Part shown: piece by piece, positions 37,850 to 50,172 of the stretch
How positions within the stretch are numbered: position 1 is the first letter of the stretch
Layout: each line of letters starts with the position of its first letter
Source of the DNA: Camelus ferus
Lineage: Eukaryota
Assembly (NCBI RefSeq): GCF_009834535.1
Contig: NC_045698.1
Coordinates: 12,774,001-12,838,000 of the forward strand
Reading direction: 5' to 3'
Length of the DNA: 64,000 bases
Made by a program: the position numbers and the translations under genes
The notes under the pieces: model-generated
Told to the model about the DNA's origin: nothing
The model's database searches: none
The model's input: only the letters and a program-made list of their open reading frames with translations

Positions 37850-38302
37850 GGAAACAAAAGTTATTAAGCTCTAGGCAGAAAGGAGAGTGTTCTTCAGAGG
37901 AACTGCCGAGGTTTCAAGGAGAATTTTGGAAAAGACCTGTTAAAGGATTTGAGCTTACGTTGGGTGATTCTAAGCAGGGTTTACAAGAAGAGGTGGCCAT
38001 TTCTGAATTAAGTGCTGTCAGAAATCAGGGGCAATTCAAGGATTAGCTAACTTGGCGATTTTTCTCTAGAAGGTAGGGGATCAAAGCAATGCTGGCTGCC
38101 ATTGGTTAAATAAGTAGTAGTCACTCAAGTTAGTACAAAAAGGAGACTGTTTAGTTGTTTTTGTGATTGCTGTGTGTCCTTATATCTGTCTTGTTCCAGA
38201 CTGGATCATAGCCACGCCTCTCCGATGAGCGTTGATGTGTTGTGTGTTGATCATCACAGTCTAGCTCTAACTGCCCACTCCCAGGATGAATTTTCACTTT
38301 CT
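37850..38302 (-). mobile_element. Probable old ERV1 LTR (MER90-like)
   Basis: gaaaggagagtgttcttcagaggaactgcc..gctgtcagaa..gccattggttaaa motifs; family assignment is tentative. Confidence 0.4.
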
Positions 38303-40603
38303 GAAATGAATTTACTTATTGGACATTTAGTTTCCCACTTTTTAAATTCTTTGATGTTACATGCTGAGCAATATTATAAATGCAGCATTAACATAAAAGG
38401 TCTGGGAAATGGCAAGTTGTCATTTTTTATCTGTCTCTTTATTGCTGTTATTTTCCTGACAAATTGCCATGTACAAGTCTGAACTATCAACAATAAGATA
38501 TGACGCTGTATCTTCATCATTATTGTGGATTGCATATTTTAAAAAATTGTTTATTTAATAGGCAAAAATGGAATACAACCTTTAACTTAAATATTTAAGT
38601 TTCTATGATGATTGGTGAGGCTGATTTTGTTTATTACATGTCTTTATGGATATCTGAAATCATTTTGAAGAATGGTGAAAAATGCATCTCTAAGATAAGA
38701 CTATTGTAGATATCACTAACTCCTCAATTTCTCATCATGTGTTTTCCTATGCAGGGTAGCATCTTTGGGTAACCTTGCATATATTTATTGAGACTAAAAC
38801 TGAATATTTGATATTTTTAGAAATAGTGTTTTAGTAGACAAAAATACTTAGATAATTTCTTCAGGGCAAAACTTTCAACTATTGGCAGAAATCGCAATTG
38901 ATCTTGTGAATGAATGAATGAATAGGAAAAAAAAATAATCATAAAATAAAATGCTAAGGCAACACTTTAGAACTATGTGCTTCTTTATGTAATTAGTGCA
39001 TTATATTTCCAAAATGAGATGACTCCTTTAATTTTAAGCTGCTGAATTTGTGGCTATTTGTTATGCCACGAGAGAAAACATACTAGTTTTCTTTTTGCCA
39101 AATATTTTTGATTGGAACTCCATTTGAAAATGAAAAGAAGACTTCCTGGAAGAAGGACATGTGTCCATGATGTATGTGTCTGAAATTTTATTTCACGAAA
39201 TCTTGATTTAAGTTAGCATGACAGAGTTCTAGACACCAAATATATTGTCATAAATACTTATTAGATGACATAACCCATAGGGAAATGAGACTTTCTAAAT
39301 GTTAACATTTCAGCTCTACATCTTTCCCAAAATTGACTTACAAAATTAATTAAAACATAATTTAGTTATATTTATATATATATAATTTAGTTGTATATAG
39401 CCAAATATAAATAGAAGAACTCCTAAAATTACTTAGAATATATTCCTCTTTATCAGTTATTTTATATTGACTTTTATATCTAATTGTAGCTTTCAGATAG
39501 TAATGGAAATATACTCATTAATAAAATAACATATTTTAAATTATTGTTCAAGTTTTCTTTGAAAAGTTTTAATAATTAATTACATTATCAAAACATAGTA
39601 AATATTATTTTAGATATTGAAGCCAAATGTCTTTGAATATACACATCAACACACAAGGATATTTTATATACATAAATGCAATTTTATACATTAGACATAT
39701 ATATTATTATATTTATTATATTTAAAATAAATCATACCTTCAGAAATGGAAGCAATTGATTTTCCTCTGATTTTGAACCCCACCAGAATCCTCTGCTCTG
39801 AATATGACATGCTTTGTTCACATATGACAATCTTGTAACGTCAGTCATGTCCTACCACCAGCAACTGCATCCATTATGTAGTCCGGCAGTTTCCCTGTAA
39901 TTATTTTTCAAGTCATTTCCAGAGTACTTCATAAAACATTTTTAATGCCACCATACGGAAATGAACAATAAATTAATTCCATTTTCAAGGGCTTTTTAAA
40001 AATGTAGCTTTATTTTAGGTTGTAGTAAGTTTTACGTTGCTACTTTTATCAGAGGCATGATATACAGTGTTTTTGTTTCTTTTAAGATAAGAGTTTCATT
40101 GTTGTAATCTAGAGAAAAAAAATTGCAGTTTAACAGTGAAACAGTGAAGTCTTTTTTTTTTTTTTTTTTGGATAGGGAGGGGGAAAAAGCGAACTTACCA
40201 CTCCCTCTCCCATATGCTGTAACTTTCATCTCTGTTTTGCCATCTCTTCCATTAACATTATGATTAATGAACGCTCTCTAGAATTTCAAATACCTTGAAA
40301 AGTAGCCAATGCCGGCTCTTTGGAGGCTACACTGAAAATAAATAACAATAAAAACGGGGTGATCCAGGCTTTTGAAGTCTTTAAAGACACCATCACTGTG
40401 ATCTTTGTACCACTGCTGAGGAAAAGAGGACAACATTTCACATTTCTGGCACTACCAATGACAACACAGCGACTGAGAGAAAGCATGAATCTCTGAGAGC
40501 AGCATTAGGATACAGGACTCCTGCTGGGCTCACCAGTTCCTTGCTCTGCACAGCTGCCTTCTCAGCTGGGGGTTTTAAATCAGCACTGTGAGAAAAGACA
40601 GAA

Positions 40604-40639
40604 ATGACCATGGTGCATTTGCCTCACTATGAGAAAAAG
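40604..40639 (+). CDS. Candidate alternative first coding exon (MTMVHLPHYEKK), host gene unidentified
   Basis: ATG at 40604 and ACCATGG Kozak at 40610. 12 codons then a phase-0 donor AAG|GTAATG. Repeat-free context with CCAAT, E-boxes and MEF2 nearby. Confidence 0.35.
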
Positions 40640-40768
40640 GTAATGTTCAATTAACACTTCAGCCTTCTGTTTTCCAACTGACTTATTTCTGTCTTTTGTT
40701 TGTGTTTTTTTTGGGGGGTCTTTTGTTTTGTTTGTTTTCTTTTCATTTCATGGAATGAAATGCTTAAC

Positions 40769-40778
40769 CTAAAAATAG
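40769..40778 (+). promoter_or_regulatory. MEF2 consensus site
   Basis: CTAAAAATAG, an exact match to CTA(A/T)4TAG. Confidence 0.4.
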
Positions 40779-42769
40779 CGGTGTGTTTGCAGTTATGCAA
40801 GGATAGTCTCACGGCTGTGCTGAAATCAGTAAGAGTTGGAGGAATTAGAGTGATTTAAAAAAATGTGTATATTCATACCCACAGGATATTAACATCCTGT
40901 TCACCTAACTAAGCTTGCATGTAGCAGTGAAAATATAAGGAGTGAAAGAGTAGAGCTTGTTTTGAAAGTATTTCAATAAATACAACATCTGACTTGTTGA
41001 GAATGTATATATTTACCTTACCTGCTGCTCTGTTGTAGAATTGTATATACCATAGTGTTACTAGTGAGCTTTGCTTTGAGCCTGGTTTAAATACTGATTA
41101 AAAAAAAAAAAAAGACTTCATTTCAAGACAGCAATGTTTTTATCCTTCCAGCCATAAAAAAATATATTATCTTCCTTTATACTTGCTACAACTTGATTTT
41201 GGAATTGCATAGATACAAATTAATGAACATGACTTTATAGAATACTATTCTTCATAGGATTATTTGGTTCTGTGTTCTTACAGACAAATCCACTAAGGTT
41301 CTTAGCTGTACTCTTTTTTTCTCTTTGAGAACAATTTATTTTGCAAGCCCAGAATTATACTAGAGAAACAGCTATGTGATGGATCTGTATGTGTGCGTGT
41401 GTGAGTGTATGCTTAACTCTGACTTGGCAGGTCTTATGAATTTCCTCTCAGATTTTCATTAGCCTTCTGGTTGAAAAGTTGGCTGTTTTGAGCTTGAATA
41501 ATATTCTTAAGAAGGAAGTTCAGGGGTTGAATGTTCATTGGAAACATGTCAAGATAGTTTTATTTTAAAGTTTGAACCAAAATATTCATTACCACCACTT
41601 TAGTAATTGCTCAGTATAAAATCTGGTCAGCAATTCATTTTACAAACATTTATTATATGCCAGGCTCTGGGCTTGGCAACAGAGACAAAAAGACAAGCAT
41701 GTGGTTCTCACTCTTGAGATGTTTATAGTCCAAACCTTTTGATTAATGAGCTGTTTTCTGAAGAAGAATTTGATGTTTAACTTTATTGCTGTACAATTAA
41801 TGTTGGAAGAAAGTTTTGAAGAATTTATTGAATTTCACATCAAAGTAGAATATTTGCCTAGTAGGCAAGTAGTCTACCAAGGATTAATTTTTAATTTTCA
41901 CCTACTTAGGCAACAACTACTTCCTGAATGACTCTATTGTATCACACACTGTTGCAAACACTTGGGACATAACAGCAAACAAGAAAAACAAAGCCTCTCC
42001 CAAGAGGCTTACATTCTAGCAAGTGACTGAGGACAAAAAGGTAGCATGAAATTTCAACATTTTTTAGAAAGACAAAAGGCAAGGTGACTGAGAAATTGAA
42101 CCTGCTGACTTGATATTATAGCCACTCATCCGGCCCACTTGGTTTTCATATTGGACAAGGCTGACCCAAAGGGAAAAAAAGGGATTCTACAAATATTTGT
42201 AAACACTTTCACAATACCTAGAAGTAACTTTAAAAGCAAATAATAAATAGTTTGTAATAATGTGGTTCTTCCAAATTCTGTGTTAAGAAGACTATGCAAA
42301 AATTATTTTAATTTTTGAACGATCATGAGTAACTAAGTTAGTTAATGATAGTTTCCCTGAAACTTTCCCTTGAGCTACCAACTGGCAAAACACACATGTT
42401 CTTCACATCTACCAACATTGCTGTACACTCACTGTTGATCTGCTTTGGTTATGAGTGAAATCTGTCCCCTGAGCATGCTTCTGGGATTCCACCACAAAAA
42501 GCATTTGGAAAACATTTATATGCAGCTTCATATCATCTCTTTCTCATTTTGAATACCTCATTTTTCTATTTTAAGATTGCAGTGGAATACATTTTCTCTC
42601 TTTTCTTTCTTGATCTCTTTCTTGGTTTATTTGTTTCTTTCCCAATTTGTATCTTCTTTCTATTTATATGTATGTATGTTTGTATGTGTCTATCATGTAT
42701 CTAAAAATGAGCATCTAATGTTTTAGCTCACCCTCAGGTATTTTAAATCTGTTTCTGCATTGTCACCTC

Positions 42770-43185
42770 TGTTAGAATAGATGAAAAACTAAATTCTTAA
42801 GGTCCTGGGTTCTCTTGCAGTGAGAGTGACCATATTCTTTAGTTATGGACACTGAGACATGAGTATGAACTTACTAAGAGCTTTATGAAAGATTTTGTTT
42901 ACCTGATAAAAGGCAAAGACATGTCTGCATGGCTCCTTTTCTCTTCTTTCTTGAAGGCAGACTGGGATGCTGAAAGCTTCTGCAGCCATTTTGTGACGAT
43001 GAGGAGGCAAATAGGAAAATAAGAGAATTTCAGAAATGCCAGCTGTAACATGCTAAAACAGCTGAACCAATATCAACTGCCTCAAGACTTCCTTGTTATG
43101 TCTGAAAAATAAATCAATATTTACTAAGTCCCTCTAAATGGTATTTTCTGTTACTCTTAGTTGAAAGCATTCCTAACGGATTTCA
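42770..43185 (+). mobile_element. Old MLT1 (J/K-like) LTR
   Basis: ctgcagccattttgtgacgatgag..cttccttgttatg..tattttctgttact..gaaagcattcctaac. Confidence 0.65.
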
Positions 43186-44339
43186 CATGCATAAATAATT
43201 TATAGAGGTTGTTGAAAGTTGAGCATTAGGTTATAAAATAAAACACTTAACAATAAAGGCAAAGTGCAATTCTCATCTTCAGGAATTTTATGGTGAACAT
43301 TTCATATGATGAGCAAATAAGCATCAAAATATTTTCTGATATTTGCCCAATGTCTGGGATCAGTTTGCATTGGCATGTTTCTTACTGTTTTTTGGTGTTC
43401 ATTTTATAACATGTAAAATAATAAATTGCATTATTAAGTTCATTGCATACCTACACTTCTGACTATATTAGAATAAAATGTATTTTAAATCTATGGATTT
43501 GTAACATTATCTGTTCAATAATATTTAAAAATTCATATTCCTTGGATACTTCAGGAATGAGAGAAATTGTTTTACTTTTACTGTTCATACTTAGGATTCT
43601 GTACATTCTATGTTTAAAAAGCTGGGCTATGAGTTTGAGCCTTTTGCTACACCATCATCCACTCTAAAGCTCTAATTTATTTAGTTATTACCTACCAAAA
43701 TTAGCATAAAGCGATATCTGGAAACACCCTTTAGGAAGAATTTTTCCCAGCACAACTCTATACAACCCCATTAATTCCCCCCTCCTTTGAGTAAAAAATC
43801 CAGACAAAACAATTTCACTAATAGGAAGGTATGTCTGACACATTAGGTTTTCCAGCCCTTTTGTGATTTATCTGTACAACTGTATGAAATTGGCATAAAG
43901 AAGTGTCGCTGATATCAAGGAAACTGTTCCCAAGTTGCTTTGGGGAGACAATAAAGCATAACAAATAAAATGTTGCTGTAGTAATTAAAAGAATGTGTGA
44001 GCAAATGCGAATTAAAGGGAAATTGATACCAGCAACTGATTTCAAGGCCTATTTTATACTTTCATCTCCTCTGGCAGTAATGTGGGGTTACAAAGATTCA
44101 TCAGATGCCAGTGGCTCTAACCAAAACTTTTATGGCCACAATAGCAGGATGCTTAACTCAGATTTGTAATTTGGAAACTGAGATGTGCAAAGAAGCTGTT
44201 GCTGGAAGTAGAAAATAAGTAAAACAGAGATCATATAGAAAGAAGAGATCTGACAGCAAGCAAAAGCTTCACTGCAGAAGATGGAAAGAAAAAAAGAAAA
44301 AGAAAATATGTATGTCATTTTGTGTGTGCTGTGTGTATG

Positions 44340-44342
<3 letters not shown>

Positions 44343-44372
<30 letters not shown>
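44343..44372 (+). repeat. (TG)n microsatellite
   Basis: About 15 perfect TG units. Confidence 0.97.
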
Positions 44373-44378
<6 letters not shown>

Positions 44379-44654
44379 CATAGGCAGGCATGTGGGATAA
44401 TTAGAAAAAGGGACTGGAAATGCATCAATATAGAGCTTGTTTCCTTTTGATGAGATGGGGAAACTATTGCCAGACAATTATCACCACCTCTTGTTTTCCA
44501 GAGTAATGTGCAGCCCACGAACTGGAGAGCTGATCTGGGACTTAAAAATGAAGGTTGCCTGCTTTCTTTGAAGCAGCATAGCATCTATGTGTGGTAGTTG
44601 AGTATAAAACAAACAGAGATGCTTTTCCTTTACATGCTAGAAGCAGTCATCCCT

Positions 44655-44668
44655 GTTGCCAAGGAAAC
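44655..44668. promoter_or_regulatory. RFX X-box motif
   Basis: GTTGCCAAGGAAAC. Confidence 0.4.
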
Positions 44669-45149
44669 ATCCTCAGGCGGCAAGGGTCACCTTTGCAAAT
44701 AATCAGAAGACTTCAAAAGCAGATCAATAGAGTAACACCAAGACCTGAATTTCCTAGCAAATGGCTCCTATTTTAAATGTCATTTCCCAATAAACACTTG
44801 TTTATGTGATTACTATGTTCTGGGAAGCAGGAAGGCAAAATTGAATGTGCATTAAGTCTAGTCCAGTCTTTTCAAGCTCTGCTCTTGGAAGCCTGTGGTT
44901 TTGAAAGGCGGAATGAGCAGGCTCCATGGCTTAGATGATGGACTGACATTCAGATTTCAAAAGAGAAGCTGCACATGAGACTTCGTTTGAAGAAAGTTTC
45001 CACTCATTTCAAAAAAAATACAGACCCTTTAAGCATGATTATACTTTATCTAAATAAGCGAGATTTTTATTTTAATTTCTGAGAATGTTTTGTCATTATA
45101 TTAGGTTTGTGCAGATTTTGTGTTAATAATGTACAATTGTGCTCGTTAA

Positions 45150-45600
45150 TTCATTCTTTTCTTTAATATTTATGATTTTGTACTATGAGCCAGACACTAC
45201 TCTGGATATGAGAAGGGAATAGAATGTATTCTCCACATTTGAGATCTGGGGGACTCAATCTGAGGAAGCAAGTAGCTATAGAAACAAACAATGGACCCAC
45301 TTGCAGAGGGAGCACAGCAGGACGCTTGTAATTCTTTCTGGGGACGTGAGGAAAGGCTTTTGGGGAGAGAAAATGCCTGATCTTAGCTTTGAAAGGCGGA
45401 TAAACATTGAGCAGAGAGTACAGTGCTAGGAGGACATTCTACGACAGAAACGACAGTAAATGCAATGAATCTGAAGAGCAGATTTCACTGGTGTTCTGTT
45501 GACTGAAAATCAGGATGTATTTGGGGTTGTGTTTGGAGATGAGGATGGAGAAGGAAAGTGGGCCTGGATCAAAAAGTCCTTATATGGTATAAAAAAGTTT
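45150..45600 (-). mobile_element. L2 fragment
   Basis: ttcattc..atattta..tactatgagccagacact..aggaaaggctttt..tgaaaggcggataa. Confidence 0.6.
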
Positions 45601-46234
45601 ATACCTTACTGTTAGTTTTCCAGATTTTTTCCTTTGTAACTTCAAACCTAGCTAATGGAATTATTTAATGCTGTAATAAGCAGAGCTTTAACTAGCTTGT
45701 TTTTATCCCCTCTTTTCTCCTTTTATAATCCAGAATTATTTACAAATACCTATTGCTTTCAGATGGCTTTAAGGAATTGTAATTTCTGAGGTTGTTTATT
45801 ATCTAAAGCAAGAATTGTGAAATCCAGGGGTAAACTCTCTTGTTGTTAAAACTCACAATCATATTTGATTTATTAAAATATAAGTAATGAAATTTTATGA
45901 TAGGAGGTAAAACGACCTAACTCATAGAATTAAGTTGTCAGAAGCAATCAGTCCTTGAAATCACATATCTTTTTGCCAGAAAATTCAAAAGTGACAAATG
46001 CAGGTAGCACTTCTGACTACTAATGTGTTGCATGCCTCACTGAAGTGCACCTTGTTAACGCTTCCTTTTTGAGGGACAAGAATTAAACGTTGTGTATAAG
46101 AAACTGTGGAGGGTGCCTCTGTGTGAGAGCTAACGCTTTTCGGCATCATTTAGGTTAGCCACCTGTTCTAGCCTGCGTTTGCTGAATAAATTAGATGCTC
46201 TGGGGAGAGTGTGCGCAGCTGATTGGTTTGCCTT

Positions 46235-46248
46235 GTTACCAAGGCAAC
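46235..46248. promoter_or_regulatory. RFX X-box motif next to an inverted CCAAT box and an E-box
   Basis: GTTACCAAGGCAAC, preceded by CAGCTGATTGG (46216-46226). Confidence 0.5.
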
Positions 46249-49200
46249 CATTTTTCTCTCTGCTGTATGACTCTGAAAGGGTTCATAAACCATTAGTGCT
46301 CCTCTGGGCAGGAACATGAGAAATTTTCTTCTTTTCTTTCCTTTTTTAAAAAAACTCCTTGTCAAGATGACAGGATTAGTGGAATTCAACAGATACTTTT
46401 ACCAGATTGTTTATTCAGACAGTACATTTTCCAAATGTGTGAAAAGCTGAAGTCCAAACCTTAAAGGCATGTAAGTAACAGCTAAATGGAGGGAATGCTA
46501 ATGATAACAAATTAAAAAATTGAAAATATTTTTCCATCTCAGGTGGAGTTTGTCTAAGGCAATATATGTAAAAACACAGATTCTCTGAATTCAATTCGAA
46601 GGGCAGTGAACGCAAGGCTATTTTCCCAAATTATCCCAGCGATTATTCCTATCAGGGTTTTCTCACTCTGCAGAGACAACGGAACATGAAAGGCCATCAG
46701 TTTAGTAAAGGCTTTATCCGATCCATCAAAGCACAAATTCAGGAGCTAAGTGATCATTTTCTGAATGCCAGAGGGCTGAGGGGGCTGTGGGCTGATGGCT
46801 GACTGCACACGATGGTAACGCCATCGGAAACCAGCACAGATTTTCACCCACAAGTAATATTTAGACCTCAGCACGTTAGTTTTCTTCCGTTTTGCAATCC
46901 ATATTTGTCTTTCCTCTCCTGCTTTGTGTGCTGTCCATTTGTATTCCAAATCTTCGTACATAAAAAAAAAAAAAATCAGTAGACCTCCCAAAGAGATACA
47001 TTTATTTCTCCAGCATCTACCTTGTACCAGGAATTTTGTGTTTTCCCATTTGCTTCACTCCTCATGTCAACTCATTCATCATGTCTTCCAGAGACTTGCT
47101 GTGGACAGAGACTCAAGTGGATTATATAATTAGCTAAAAATAGTGAGGTTGATATTCATAGTGAGTTCTAGCTCATTCTAAACCCCTGCTTTTCCAGTGT
47201 GCTGTTGTGTCTCTACAGTTCTGCAATAATGCTAACAATGTCCTTTCTGAACACTGAAATATTGCAGAGGGTAAAAAAGACATAGAATGTTAAAACATTC
47301 AAATTAAAATTCTTGGAGAGCTTCTTGTCCTATTACTTTGAGTTTATTCAAAGTAGACTGCAATTCCAGGTTTTGTCTAACACGCTGTAATGCTGAAGCT
47401 TTTGTACAATATTTATTAAGAAGAATGACTTCATCATATATGGCAATTCCTTTGACACCTTTTATTGTCTTTCTACAAATACTAGAGAAACTGATTAAAA
47501 TTGAACTATAAATGCCTATCTTGTAACAATCTTATTTGTTGTTCTTTTCAACTGAGAACCACTGGGATCTCTGAGAGTTTAGGCTTATGTTTTGATTATG
47601 GATAAACCTTAATGCAATTAGATTTACTCTAATTTCTGATTGTCTACAGTTTTAATTCTCTCTTCTGGGATTTCAAAGCTGAAGTTGATATTTTAAAATA
47701 AATAGTTCTTTGCTATGTACTACATCATTTTAAGGTATGACCATACCATAAATAGACAATTTTTAAAAGATACAGTTCTTAGTGTCCAATGAAGCAGTCC
47801 AAATATTTTACTTGGTGTGAAAGCAAAGAGATCCTTCTTCATTAAGCATATTGTGATTGACCCCCGCTATGGTCAAATATTAACAAACACTACAGGATAA
47901 TAATATATTAGTGGGAAAAGCTCAAAGATAACACCCTCCTACAATATGAGGATTTGGCAAAATAAGAAGATGCATACTTCGATTTGTTGCAAACAAGATG
48001 GGTTTGCTTTTTTCCCCCTCCTATTTCCAGTATCAGTTTAATGTTTGTAAGTTTCTCCGAAGAATAAGGCAATTATTTACAATCTGAAAATGAATGCTAT
48101 ACAAAGATACTCAATTTGCATTTCTAGGAATAACTTTATTGAGATGTATTTGCTTCTACCATTTTCTTCCAGTTGTCTAGATTGGATTAAAATACTACTT
48201 TCGTGCTCCAAATAGTGGACTAATGCCCTAGTTCATTCAACATGCTCTCAGCAACCATTTACGGCCTTCCTTGTGGCAGGTACTCTGTTAAGGGCTGGGT
48301 ATCCAGAGGTGAACCCACAGTTCCTCTTCTTCTTGAGCTAAACTTTGTGGGGGACCATCTACAAGACAGTCATTGATCTCAGTAGGGTAAATGCTGTCAT
48401 GGAATAATGAACTTGTGGATTGAAGGATATACTAACAAGTGTTTCCAGACAGATTCTTTCAGCACCCACTCCCTCATCCTGAATCATCCTTAGTATCTTG
48501 TACTGCTGACCACTGTACCCACGACTTGCTCTGTTGTTTTAACCCCAATCTTCAGATGCATCACAAAGTGGATATTTGCACTTATAGTTTTGATTTATCT
48601 CAATTGTAGTTTTCCCCTCTGCCTGTGCTACTTAAGTTAATTTAAACAATGAATTTTTTGGAATGATTTACTTTGTTATGATTGTATGGCTATTTCTCTC
48701 ACTGGGATAATCCTGCCTTAAATCTTCCAACATTACATTTTAATTACTTACCTGCTGGAAAGCAAAGTTTTAAACTGTTGACCTATCCATTGACTCCAAT
48801 GGTGAGATGTGTTGGAAACATTTCTTCCTGAAGGATCCTCTTGAAGGGAGTGCTTGCACCCCAGATTCACCTAAGACACATCCTGCTCTTAATCCAATGC
48901 CACTCCTCACTGATGCCTGCTCATCTCTGTCAAGCTTTTTTTTTTCTCCCAAGATGTGCAATCAAGTTGCATGATGCCTACTAGACGCCACACCACCAAC
49001 CAGGAGAGCAGCTAGTTTACATACATGAATGTCAGTGAGCACCTTCCACCCACACTGGAAATCAACACATTCCTGGGGTCCAGATTTATTTTAATGTTGT
49101 TTTAAATCTAAATTTTAAGCACCCTAATTTGCACAAAAAAGAATCATATTGAACATCTTGTTCTCCAACTTGCTCTCTTCCCAAATAATTTGGAAAACTT

Positions 49201-49935
49201 TTGGTGTACTCAAGTCAAAAAGGAAATTTAGTGACAGATTCTGGGCAGTTTAAACTGAATCTCAAGAAGGAAGGAACCCATGGCTGTTCTGGGGAGGTCA
49301 GAAGCAGCAACTCAACAGGCCATTGTTATGATGTAACTCAACTCACACTGCCCTTTGTCTCTGCTGGTCCCTGTTCTAGTTCATAAACTCCTAAGAGAAA
49401 GAATTTGGGTTTAGCTTAGGTCCAAGTATATATATTGGACTAAATCAACCCTGGCCAAAGAGACTGGTGGAATTGAATATTAGGGGAATGATTACAAGTG
49501 TTCTACAATTGAACTTGTCTTTTTCTCATTTGCTTGAAAGGATCCAGTTTCCAAATAAAAGTGGCTTACCAGCACCGACTGTCAATTTATTTTCTCAAGG
49601 CTGAACTACTTGCTAAGATCTCTTTTCTTAACTTTACTTCTCTTTTTTAAGCTATCCAGGTCATAATTTAACCTCTATTATTTGTGCCTGTCTTTTTCTT
49701 TATAGGCAATAATTTTGCTAGGAACTCTCTTAACTTCCCTGTCTTTGATTTTTCTTGAAATTGATTTTGGTTCTCTACCCAATTATGTCATCTCAGGCTT
49801 CCAGAATAATAACTCTCTTGATACAAAATTGTCTCTTCTGTTGGGCATTCCTAGGTAATTTTTCAATGACTCTGGAGTGAGTCCTTGACAACTTGACTCT
49901 TGAAAGTAAGGAGCATGAAAAAAAATTATGGAGGC

Positions 49936-50172
49936 ATGAATGAAATTTTGCCATTTGCAACCACATGGATGGACATGGAGGGCATTATGCTAAGTGAAAT
50001 AAGTCAGACAGATAAAGACAAGATACTGTATGATATCACTTACATGTGGCATTTAAAAAATACAACAAACTAGTGAATATAACAAAAAGAAGCAAACTCA
50101 CAGACACAGAGAAGAAATTCATGGTTACCAGTGGATGCATTGTACAACATAGGGGAATATAGCTAATATTTT
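49936..50172 (+). mobile_element. L1 3'UTR fragment with internal deletion
   Basis: tgaaattttgccatttgcaaccacatggatggac..ctaagtgaaataagtcagaca..atggttaccagtgg. Confidence 0.85.

Noticed and set aside
40145..41120. Inverted repeat tgaagtc(T)n / (A)n gacttca flanking the candidate promoter
   Set aside because: Only 7 informative bases beyond the homopolymers; consistent with chance.
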